37,134 nt of DNA from an uncultured delta proteobacterium. GTDB lineage: Bacteria; Desulfobacterota; Desulfuromonadia; Geobacterales; DSM-12255. The translations under genes and the position numbers were made by a program. The notes below the pieces were generated by a model. That model made no database searches. It worked only from the letters and a program-made list of their open reading frames with translations, and was not told where the DNA came from. The stretch spans positions 1 through 37,134 of the forward strand of contig CAWBBV010000021.1 in the NCBI GenBank assembly GCA_963787125.1, written 5' to 3'. Below are positions 1-7,323 of this stretch, piece after piece; position 1 is the stretch's first letter; every line of letters starts with the position of its first letter.

Positions 1-1
1 G

Positions 2-2509
2 AAGGTCGTGCGCATCCTGCCGCTTGAGTACACTCAGGAAGATGATGCCAAGCCATGGTCGATCACGGCGCGGGGCGAAACCTTTACCCGGCCGAACAAG
101 GCCGGTATCGCCTGCTGGGTGCAGGGGAGCAAGCAGCAGATCTACTCCAAGGACCGCCTCCTTACCCCGCTCAAAAGGATCGATTTCGATCCGAACGGCG
201 AGCGCAATCCCCAGAACCGGGGTGTTTCCGGCTATGAGCCGATCAGCTGGGATGAAGCTCTGACCATCGTTGCGGGTGAAACCGAGCGGATCAAGGATCA
301 GCACGGCCCGTCCGCCATTGCCGTTACCGGCTCTTCCCACGATTCCTGGGGGAACATCGGCTACCGGATGAGCGCCCTGGAGCGTTTCTGGAATCTGGTC
401 GGCTGCACCTGGATCGACCACGACCCGGACAGCTGGCAGGGGTCCTACTGGGGGGCTATTCACTCCTGGGGATTCCACTGGCGCCTCGGTCAGCCCCCGG
501 CTTTCGATCTTCTCGGCGATACCTTCGAACATACGGAAATGATCGTTTTCTGGAGTTCCGACCCATCGACAACTTCCGGTGATTATGCCTGGAACGAAAC
601 CGATCTCTGGCGCTTCCATATGAAGAAACTGGGGATCAAGTTCGTCTTCATCGACCCCCACTGCAACTACACCACCGTCATCGATGGTGACAAATGGCTC
701 AAGCCGAAGCCGGGCACCGATGTGGCCATGGCGCTGGCTATCGCCTACACCTGGATCAAGGAAGGGCGCTACGACAAGGAGTACATCGAAACCCATACGA
801 TCGGCTTCGACAAGTGGGAATCCTATGTCATGGGCAATGAGGACGGTCAGCCGAAAACGCCGGAATGGGCTGAAGAGAAGAGCGGCGTTGAAGCCAATAT
901 CATCGTCGCCCTGGCACGGGAGTGGGCTACAAAGAGAACCACCCTTGCCGGTGGCGGCCGTTCCGGCATGGGCCACGCCATGCGCGCCTCCTACGGTCAC
1001 GAATGGTCCCGCGCCATGGTGCTCCTTATGGGGATGCAGGGGCTCGGCAAGCCGGGGGTCAACTACTACTCCACCACCGGCGGCGCCCCGGCCGACTGGG
1101 ACTTCTTCTTCCCCGGCTATGCTGACGGCGGCATCAGCGGCGGCAGCGCCGGTCCCAAGGATCTGGGCCCCCGTGGTTTCCCGAAAAGAGCCACCGCCAG
1201 CCAGATTCGCCAGCGGATCAACCGGGCCTGTCTGCCCGAATGTATCATCAACCCGCCCTACACCTGGCGCGGCGTCTACGGCTACTACGGCCAGAGCGCC
1301 CAGCAGCAGTTCACCGAGTGCACCTTCCCGTTCCCCGGCTACTCGGAGATCAAGATGATCTACCGGCAGGGGGCGTCGTATATCGGCACCATGATGGAGA
1401 CCAACCGCTTTGCCCGGATGTATCGCGATCCGAAGCTGGAGTTCGTCGTCAACCAGACCATCTACAACGAGCCGGAGGCCAGGTTTGCCGACATCATCTT
1501 CCCGGTCTGCACCAACTTCGAGCGCAACGACATCGGCGAATGGGCAAAGATTTCCGGCTACTCCAATAAGCTGAGCCCGACCAATGCCCGGGTAGTTGTC
1601 TTCCAGCAAAAGTGTATCGAGCCGCGGGGCGAGTCAAAGCCGGATTACCAGATTTATGCGCTCCTGGCCGAACGTCTCGGCATTGCCGACATGTTCACCG
1701 AAGGGCATCCGGACGAAATGAGCTGGATCAAGCGGATGTACGAGGTGTCCGATCTGCCGAAAGTTATCAGCTGGGAGAAGTTCCTCACCAAAGGCTACTA
1801 CATCATTCCGCCCAAAATGGACAAGAAACCGGCACCGGCAATGCGCTGGTTCTACGATCAGCGCCCCATCGATATCCCGGACAAACCGATGTCCACCGAC
1901 CGGCCGAGCAACAAGCCGGCGGATCTGGCCCGGCTTTCCACCCCATCGGGCAAGATCGAGTTCGAGTCACAGAATCTGCTCAAGTTCGATCCGAACGATA
2001 CCGAGCGGCCACCGGTGCCCCATTACATCCCGTCGTGGGAAGGGTCGGAAAGTACGGAAATTCTGAAGAACTTCCCGCTGCAGCTGATCTCGCCCCATCC
2101 ACGCTTTACGTTCCATTCCCAGCATGACGGGAAAACCCTCTGGAATGACGAGATTTGTCACCATCGCCGCCTGATCAACGGTTATCGCTACTGGGTCATC
2201 CGGATCAACCCGATTGAGGCGGCCGCCTACGGCATCAGGGAAAACGATCTGGTCAAGGTCTGGAACGACCGGGGGGTGGTTCTCTGCGCCGCCAATATTA
2301 CCGAGCGGATCCGCCCGGGAACGGTGCACTCCTACAGCTCCGGCGGCGGCTATGATCCCCAGGGTGAACCGGGTGTCAACACCACCATTGACAAGGGTGG
2401 GACGATCAACCAGCTGACTTCATCACGGTTTTTGTCAAAGAACTGCGCGGGCATGGCCCCTGGTTCGTGTCTGGTTCAGATTGCTAAATGGACAGAAGGG
2501 GAGGTTTAA
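2..2509 (+). CDS. Molybdopterin oxidoreductase, pyrogallol:phloroglucinol transhydroxylase large subunit (AthL)-like; 5' end lies outside the window
   Basis: Frame is open from nt 2 (KVVRILP...). Motifs FDPNGERNPQNRG, ISWDEA, SSHDSWGNIGYR, HDPDSW (Ser Mo ligand), FWSSDP, FPGYADGGISG, SPHPRFTFHSQHDG follow the AthL/RehL/DbhL branch of the DMSO-reductase family as I recall it. Confidence 0.88.
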   Translation, partial: KVVRILPLEYTQEDDAKPWSITARGETFTRPNKAGIACWVQGSKQQIYSKDRLLTPLKRIDFDPNGERNPQNRGVSGYEPISWDEALTIVAGETERIKDQHGPSAIAVTGSSHDSWGNIGYRMSALERFWNLVGCTWIDHDPDSWQGSYWGAIHSWGFHWRLGQPPAFDLLGDTFEHTEMIVFWSSDPSTTSGDYAWNETDLWRFHMKKLGIKFVFIDPHCNYTTVIDGDKWLKPKPGTDVAMALAIAYTWIKEGRYDKEYIETHTIGFDKWESYVMGNEDGQPKTPEWAEEKSGVEANIIVALAREWATKRTTLAGGGRSGMGHAMRASYGHEWSRAMVLLMGMQGLGKPGVNYYSTTGGAPADWDFFFPGYADGGISGGSAGPKDLGPRGFPKRATASQIRQRINRACLPECIINPPYTWRGVYGYYGQSAQQQFTECTFPFPGYSEIKMIYRQGASYIGTMMETNRFARMYRDPKLEFVVNQTIYNEPEARFADIIFPVCTNFERNDIGEWAKISGYSNKLSPTNARVVVFQQKCIEPRGESKPDYQIYALLAERLGIADMFTEGHPDEMSWIKRMYEVSDLPKVISWEKFLTKGYYIIPPKMDKKPAPAMRWFYDQRPIDIPDKPMSTDRPSNKPADLARLSTPSGKIEFESQNLLKFDPNDTERPPVPHYIPSWEGSESTEILKNFPLQLISPHPRFTFHSQHDGKTLWNDEICHHRRLINGYRYWVIRINPIEAAAYGIRENDLVKVWNDRGVVLCAANITERIRPGTVHSYSSGGGYDPQGEPGVNTTIDKGGTINQLTSSRFLSKNCAGMAPGSCLVQIAKWTEGEV

Positions 2510-2510
2510 A

Positions 2511-3347
2511 ATGGCGAAATACGCAATGGCCATAGATCTAAGCAAATGCATCGGCTGCTACAACTGTCAGGTTGCCTGCAAAGATGAGCATGTCTATAAC
2601 TCTTTCCCTCCTGTAGCTGCGGAGCAACCGGCCTTCGGCCAGTTCTGGCTCAGTATCGAGGAGCGGGAGCAGGTCTGGAACCCTTCTCACATCAAGGTGA
2701 CCTACATTCCCAAACCCTGTCAGCACTGCGACGACGCCCCGTGCGTCAAGGCTTCCACAGGTGGGGCGATTTACAAGCGCGAGGACGGCATCGTTATCAT
2801 CGATCCGGAAAGAGCAGTCGGACAAAAAGGGCTGGTTGAATCATGCCCCTATGGCTCTATCTATCTGAATGAAGAGAAAGGCTTGCCGCAGAAATGCACC
2901 TTCTGTGCGCATCTGGTTGATGATGGCTGGCAGGAGCCGCGCTGTGCCCAGTCCTGCCCCACCAGCTGCATGCACTTCGGCGATGTGGAAAATCCGGAAA
3001 GTAAAATCTCCCGATTTCTCGCCTCAAACCAGGTCGAAGCGTTCCATCCGGAATACGGCACCAAACCGCGCGTCTACTACGCTGATCTTCCCAAACCCCA
3101 CCTCTCCGGGACCGTTCGTCTCGGTGATTGTGGCGAGTGTGCTGCCGATGTCAAGGTGACCCTGACCGATTCTAAAGGGGCGACGCGGACAGCTGTCAGC
3201 GACTGTTTCGGCGATTTTTCCTTCAAGGACTCACCAATGGGAGCCTGCCAGATCGGATATGACCTGGCCGGTTACGCGGCTACCTCCGCAAAACTTGACC
3301 TTGCCAAAGATATTACCTACCTTGGCGAGATAGTTCTCCAGCGCTGA
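2511..3347 (+). CDS. Fe-S electron-transfer small subunit, transhydroxylase beta-subunit-like
   Basis: ATG 2511 after GGAGG. CIGCYNCQVAC, CQHCDDAPC, CPYG and CTFC...PRCAQSCP are present. The segment IIDPERAVGQKGLVESCPYG lacks the Cys of one cluster, as in the three-[4Fe-4S] transhydroxylase beta subunit. C-terminal beta-sandwich-like extension. Confidence 0.88.
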   Translation: MAKYAMAIDLSKCIGCYNCQVACKDEHVYNSFPPVAAEQPAFGQFWLSIEEREQVWNPSHIKVTYIPKPCQHCDDAPCVKASTGGAIYKREDGIVIIDPERAVGQKGLVESCPYGSIYLNEEKGLPQKCTFCAHLVDDGWQEPRCAQSCPTSCMHFGDVENPESKISRFLASNQVEAFHPEYGTKPRVYYADLPKPHLSGTVRLGDCGECAADVKVTLTDSKGATRTAVSDCFGDFSFKDSPMGACQIGYDLAGYAATSAKLDLAKDITYLGEIVLQR

Positions 3348-3361
3348 TTCCACTTTTTGAT

Positions 3362-3390
3362 CGTCATGCAGCCCACAAGGCTGCATGACG
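3362..3390. repeat. Perfect 12-bp inverted repeat between the Fe-S subunit gene and marR
   Basis: CGTCATGCAGCC-cacaa-GGCTGCATGACG; no U-tract follows on the + strand. Confidence 0.7.
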
Positions 3391-3413
3391 CTGCTTCATC
3401 CAAGGAAGGAAAC

Positions 3414-3866
3414 ATGAAAAACAGCGCCCGCCACTATCAGTTTGAGGAATCTCTCGGCCACCTTACCAGCCAGTCGTCGCGCATGATTTTGAAGCGGATC
3501 AATCAGGATCTGGTCAAACACGGCTTTCCGATCACCTCCGATCAGTTTTCAACCCTGATCCATGTCTGGAACCGCAACGGCCAACCCCAATACACCCTGG
3601 TGGAGAGCCTCAATAAGGACAAAACCACCATGACCCGGGTGCTGGCAAGCCTTGAAGTTCTCGGGCTGATCATCAGGCTCCCCGGCACCAGCGATGCCCG
3701 GGAAAAGAACGTTTTTCTCACCGAAGCTGGCAATAAAATGATGTCGGCGGTGACGGATATTGTCCAGGAACTGCTGGAAACAGCCATGAGCGGCATCGAG
3801 CAGAGCGAGATTGAGGTCTGCAAGAGTGTCCTGCGGCGCTTTTATTCCAATCTCTGCAATATGTAA
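3414..3866 (+). CDS. MarR-family transcriptional regulator
   Basis: ATG 3414 after AAGGAAGG. wHTH segment DKTTMTRVLASLEVLGLI and wing motif DAREKNVFLTEAG. Confidence 0.9.
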   Translation: MKNSARHYQFEESLGHLTSQSSRMILKRINQDLVKHGFPITSDQFSTLIHVWNRNGQPQYTLVESLNKDKTTMTRVLASLEVLGLIIRLPGTSDAREKNVFLTEAGNKMMSAVTDIVQELLETAMSGIEQSEIEVCKSVLRRFYSNLCNM

Positions 3867-3886
3867 TTTATAGCTACAGCTACCGG

Positions 3887-5209
3887 GGCTCTTCAACGTT
3901 TCAAGTGGGTAGAGCATAAAGCTTGTTGAACTTGAACTTACCTGCAATGAGGTAGGCCATCGAAATCATGTTGCGAGGATTACGATAACCACGAGCCCTT
4001 GCCTTGGCGGCCTGGATCAGACTATTGATTCCTTCCAGAAAGCCGCTGGTCAAGTCGCTGTCAAAGTGGCTCAGAATGCCGTCCCAATGATCTGTTACGG
4101 TTCTTGCCATTTTCTGGATAAGAACGATTGTGCTTTTACTGGTTTGCTTTAGCCACTGTTTCAGTAACGCTTCAGCCTCTTGGCGGCTCTGGGCAAAGTA
4201 GACGTTTTGCAGATTCAACTTATGCGCGTATGCCTCGACACTTTTATAGCAGTGATTGGCTACCATGGTATCCATGCGAGCCTCTTCTTCAGACGTGAGG
4301 TCTTCCGGGTTTTTGAGAAACAGATACCGGCTCTTTTTCAGAGCATCAGGAAACAGCCTGGCCTCTTCAGCTCTGATTTTGCCCAGTGCTTCATTCATCA
4401 ACCTGATGAGGTGAAACTTGTCGAAGGTTACAACTGCATTGGGTAGCTGCTCTTTGACTCCCTTGATGAAGGCTTTTGACATGTCTATGGCAGCATCGGT
4501 TATCTGATCAGGATCGCCGCCATGCTTTTTTAGGTCGGCGACAAAATCCTTGACGGTCTCGTTGTCTTTACCTTCTGTGCCAAATAAGAGCTTTCTCTTG
4601 TCAAGATCGAAGAAGAACGAGGCGTAATTGTGGCCCTTTTTAGTAGACGTTTCATCGATACCGATACGCTTTACGTCAGAGAAGTCCTCTTTAGCTCTGG
4701 CCATTTCAACATATGCGTTGATTACTCGCCACAAGCGGGTATCTGTAACTGAAAACAACCTGGCCATGACATTCACCGGCAGATCACGAGCCATGGTCAT
4801 TACCAATGCTTCGAATAGCAGGGTAAAACCTGAACCGGCACGAGCCCAAGGGACTTGAATCTGCTTCACGCCACAGCCTTCGTTGGGACAGTTAACTCGT
4901 GGCACAAAGGCATGAAGATAGGCTTCGTACTGGAAAAAGTTCAGATGGCGCCATGTCTTCTCTGTGGTGTCATACGCAGGAGCAAGGGCACCACAAACCG
5001 GGCAAGGGAAAGTTGATCCTCTCTGGAAGTCGATGGTTATATCAAGGCGATTAGACTCCTTGGAAAAGCTGACCTCAGTAACTTCCCAGGGAGAGACAAT
5101 GCCAAGTGCCATACCAAAAAGAGCTTCAGGTTGCATTATTTAAGTAAAACCTCAGGGTAATGGATTGAAGACGGATTATACCATTACCCATTCACTGTGA
5201 CGAAGAGCC
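3887..5209 (-). mobile_element. ISL3-family insertion sequence, 1323 bp
   Basis: Imperfect 25-bp terminal IRs: GGCTCTTC-aacgtttcaag-TGGGTA (3887-3911) and, reverse-complemented, GGCTCTTC-gtcacagtgaa-TGGGTA (ending 5209). One transposase ORF inside. Confidence 0.9.
3901..5136 (-). CDS. ISL3-family transposase (intact)
   Basis: Zn-finger CPVCG...CPNEGC, WRHLNFFQY, VPWA, and DDE motifs IGIDET, IDMS, FDKFH, EGINS; ARGYR. Confidence 0.95.
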   Translation of the reverse strand: MQPEALFGMALGIVSPWEVTEVSFSKESNRLDITIDFQRGSTFPCPVCGALAPAYDTTEKTWRHLNFFQYEAYLHAFVPRVNCPNEGCGVKQIQVPWARAGSGFTLLFEALVMTMARDLPVNVMARLFSVTDTRLWRVINAYVEMARAKEDFSDVKRIGIDETSTKKGHNYASFFFDLDKRKLLFGTEGKDNETVKDFVADLKKHGGDPDQITDAAIDMSKAFIKGVKEQLPNAVVTFDKFHLIRLMNEALGKIRAEEARLFPDALKKSRYLFLKNPEDLTSEEEARMDTMVANHCYKSVEAYAHKLNLQNVYFAQSRQEAEALLKQWLKQTSKSTIVLIQKMARTVTDHWDGILSHFDSDLTSGFLEGINSLIQAAKARARGYRNPRNMISMAYLIAGKFKFNKLYALPT

Positions 5210-5302
5210 TTTTTAAAGTGATAAAAAAACGTTAAACCAGAAGAGAAGAAAGAAGAAGCTGCTCCTGTTTGCTTCTCCTTTCCTCTACATAGATGAGAAA
5301 CG

Positions 5303-5340
5303 GAAAGAGCATATCCTTGACGAGATATGCTCTTTCTTAT
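5303..5340 (+). terminator. Probable intrinsic terminator
   Basis: GAAAGAGCATATC-cttgacga-GATATGCTCTTTC followed by TTAT. Confidence 0.6.
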
Positions 5341-5382
5341 TACTGATCATTGTTGAGTTGCATAGTGGCGTTAAGAGCTCGA

Positions 5383-5408
5383 TTAACTTTAAAACTATAC
5401 GCCGATAA
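5383..5408 (+). promoter_or_regulatory. Putative sigma28 (FliA) promoter
   Basis: Perfect -10 GCCGATAA (5401-5408). TTAACTTT (5383-5390) resembles TAAAGTTT, but the spacer is 10 rather than the canonical 11. Confidence 0.55.
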
Positions 5409-5414
5409 AAATAA

Positions 5415-5817
5415 TAAAAACAGACTGTTTTTTCATGTTCAGAGGGATATAGTCTAACTAGAAGTAAGGAAGTTGTTTAATCGAAGTGGGTAGTCGTTTA
5501 ACAGCAGCATGGTAGAAGTTGAGAAGTAAGGCGCTGTTCAGCAGTTGTATGGTAATTGTTAAACCGCAGTAAGTTTCAATGTAACAGCAGCACAAGTAAA
5601 GTAGTGTTTAACAGTAACAAGGTAGTAGTTCAATCTGCTCAAAAGGAGGTAGTTTTCACGTATGGAGGATACTCCACCTGAGAGGTAAATGCAGTTTTGT
5701 TACAGATTGTGCAGCATACTCCGGAGGCAGGAAGGGCCGGAACAGACCTTGAAAAGGAATACAAAGAAGTTAAAGTAAAGGAACCCCTACCGAATAACCT
5801 GGTAGGGGTTTTCATTT
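5415..5817 (+). ncRNA. Putative ~400-nt non-coding RNA or micro-ORF transcript with degenerate 25-nt repeats
   Basis: No ORF of 60 aa or more. Bounded by a sigma28-like promoter and a terminator. Strongly purine-skewed, with repeats at 5496, 5536 and 5606 and ten GGA triplets. Confidence 0.5.
5782..5817. terminator. Intrinsic terminator, probably bidirectional, between the putative RNA and the cytochrome gene
   Basis: AACCCCTACC-gaataacct-GGTAGGGGTT followed by TTCATTT; A-rich run on the other side. Confidence 0.7.
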
Positions 5818-5836
5818 AGGTAGAATTAGATTGCTT

Positions 5837-6115
5837 CTATTTCTTGTGGCAATCTTTGCAGGAAGTTGGCCCTTTACCCGCATCAGAATGACAACCCTTA
5901 CAGACCTTATGTGCAATCTCCTTACCAAAGCCTTCAATCTTGCCACCTGCTTGTGTAGCGTGACATTTAGTGCATTCTTTTAAATTTTCCTGATGATTCT
6001 GATGCTGAAAAGTAACTTTACCAAAAGAAGCAGGTAAATCGATTGTTGCAGGCCCTGCTGCAAACACTACTGAAGAGTATGACAGAACAATGATTGTAGA
6101 AAGCACTCTATGCAT
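5837..6115 (-). CDS. Periplasmic triheme cytochrome c7 (PpcA family)
   Basis: Signal peptide ending VFA, GKVTFQHQNHQ, three CxxCH motifs (CTKCH, CKGCH, CKDCH), GKIEGFGKEIAH, GPTSC. RBS GAGGGGG. Confidence 0.95.
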   Translation of the reverse strand: MHRVLSTIIVLSYSSVVFAAGPATIDLPASFGKVTFQHQNHQENLKECTKCHATQAGGKIEGFGKEIAHKVCKGCHSDAGKGPTSCKDCHKK

Positions 6116-6156
6116 TTTGAACCCCCTCGATTGAATTTGTAATGCTGATCTTAACT

Positions 6157-6172
6157 TGCATTACAAGTGCCA
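6157..6172 (-). promoter_or_regulatory. sigma54 (-24/-12) promoter of the c7 cytochrome gene
   Basis: Minus strand reads TGGCACTTGTAATGCA; GG and GC are at exact consensus spacing, about 40 nt upstream of the ATG. Confidence 0.7.
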
Positions 6173-6188
6173 AGAGGATACTCATATT

Positions 6189-6201
6189 CAACTGCCTGAT
6201 T
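6189..6201 (-). promoter_or_regulatory. IHF binding site upstream of the sigma54 promoter
   Basis: Minus strand AATCAG-gcag-TTG fits WATCARNNNNTTR. Confidence 0.55.
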
Positions 6202-6567
6202 ACAAAGATAAAAATGTGTTCAATGGCGATATGCGCTCTAATGCTTACCTCTTTTGAGTTAGCTCATACCCTAAAAAAGTTTCCTGACTGCTTGAAGTTT
6301 GTGTGAACTTTCATTTGACAAGACATTTAATGCAATTTCAGTTTCAGCATCCAAGCCCTCTTTATAAATGTTCTGCGTCAATTAATAACCAGCCTCCAGA
6401 TTGATTTCCCACGAGCAGCAGTAGAACCGATCTCTGTATTGAATTACACTACCTCGTGATAATTGAACAATTTAGTTCATTTTACAACCTTATCTGATAC
6501 CATTCTGTCGTTGATAACCTTTGATATGGCCAGATTCAGTCTATACCTCCAGGAGCCTGTTCGTAAT

Positions 6568-7185
6568 ATGCATAATTACTCTACAGTTGTAATCGACTTT
6601 GAAACCACTGGCCTTTCTCCCGGATATGGGGATAGAACTATAGAGGTGGGTGCAGTACTGATATCTGACAATAAAATAGTCGATAGGTTCCAGAGCTTGA
6701 TGAATCCAGAAATGAAAGTATCCAGCTTCATTCAGGACTACACCGGCATAACCAATAAGATGCTATCAACTGCTCCCACCATTAAAGGAGTAATGTACAA
6801 GCTAAAAGAATTCATTGCCCATCACCACCTTGTAGCTCACAACGCATCTTTTGATTCAAGATTCCTGGATGCAGAATTCGACCGGATTAACCATAAGAGA
6901 ACAAACCAATTCGGATGTTCATTGTTGGTGTCCAGGAGAATATATCAAGAAGCGCCCAACTATAAGCTCGAAACGCTGGTAAAATATAAGAACTTAAAGA
7001 TTGATGGAACTCATCACAGGGCATTAGCTGATGCTGAGATGACAGCACATCTCTGGCTGTGTATGATTTCTGATATCAAGGAACGATATGGTTTTCAGGA
7101 CGTTCAGTTTGGATTGATGCAGCAGTTGATGAAAGTGCCTAGGGAAAAAGTTACAGAGTTTATGCAGAAGTATCGGTCAGTGTAG
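6568..7185 (+). CDS. DEDDh 3'-5' exonuclease (DNA polymerase III epsilon-like)
   Basis: IDFETTG (ExoI), VAHNASFD (ExoII), HHRALADA (ExoIII). ATG 6568 after AGGAG is the likely start. Confidence 0.9.
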   Translation: MHNYSTVVIDFETTGLSPGYGDRTIEVGAVLISDNKIVDRFQSLMNPEMKVSSFIQDYTGITNKMLSTAPTIKGVMYKLKEFIAHHHLVAHNASFDSRFLDAEFDRINHKRTNQFGCSLLVSRRIYQEAPNYKLETLVKYKNLKIDGTHHRALADAEMTAHLWLCMISDIKERYGFQDVQFGLMQQLMKVPREKVTEFMQKYRSV

Positions 7186-7259
7186 ATATCACCTGCACGA
7201 GTTCAGGATTAAGGCACTGACCGGTTCATTCACTGGGGACTTCTAAAATTAAATCTAAC

Positions 7260-7287
7260 TTTACATATTGTTGCGGGGATATATAAT
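7260..7287 (+). promoter_or_regulatory. Putative sigma70 promoter of the multicopper oxidase
   Basis: TTTACA-N16-TATAAT, 36 nt upstream of the ATG. Confidence 0.5.
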
Positions 7288-7323
7288 CGATGAAATTTGA
7301 ATCAAGAGCTGTTAGGAGGGGTA

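Noticed and set aside
5210..5295. Short frame ...VKPEEKKEEAAPVCFSFPLHR* next to the IS
   Set aside because: No start codon or recognisable family; may be a gene remnant but cannot be supported as a CDS.
5496..5630. CRISPR array interpretation of the 25-nt repeats
   Set aside because: The units are degenerate and non-palindromic, spacing is irregular (40 and 70 nt), and there are no cas genes in the window.
6200..6560. Possible GEMM (c-di-GMP/cGAMP) riboswitch upstream of the cytochrome gene
   Set aside because: I could not find the GEMM-I core (GGCAAA...GACGCAAA) on either strand.
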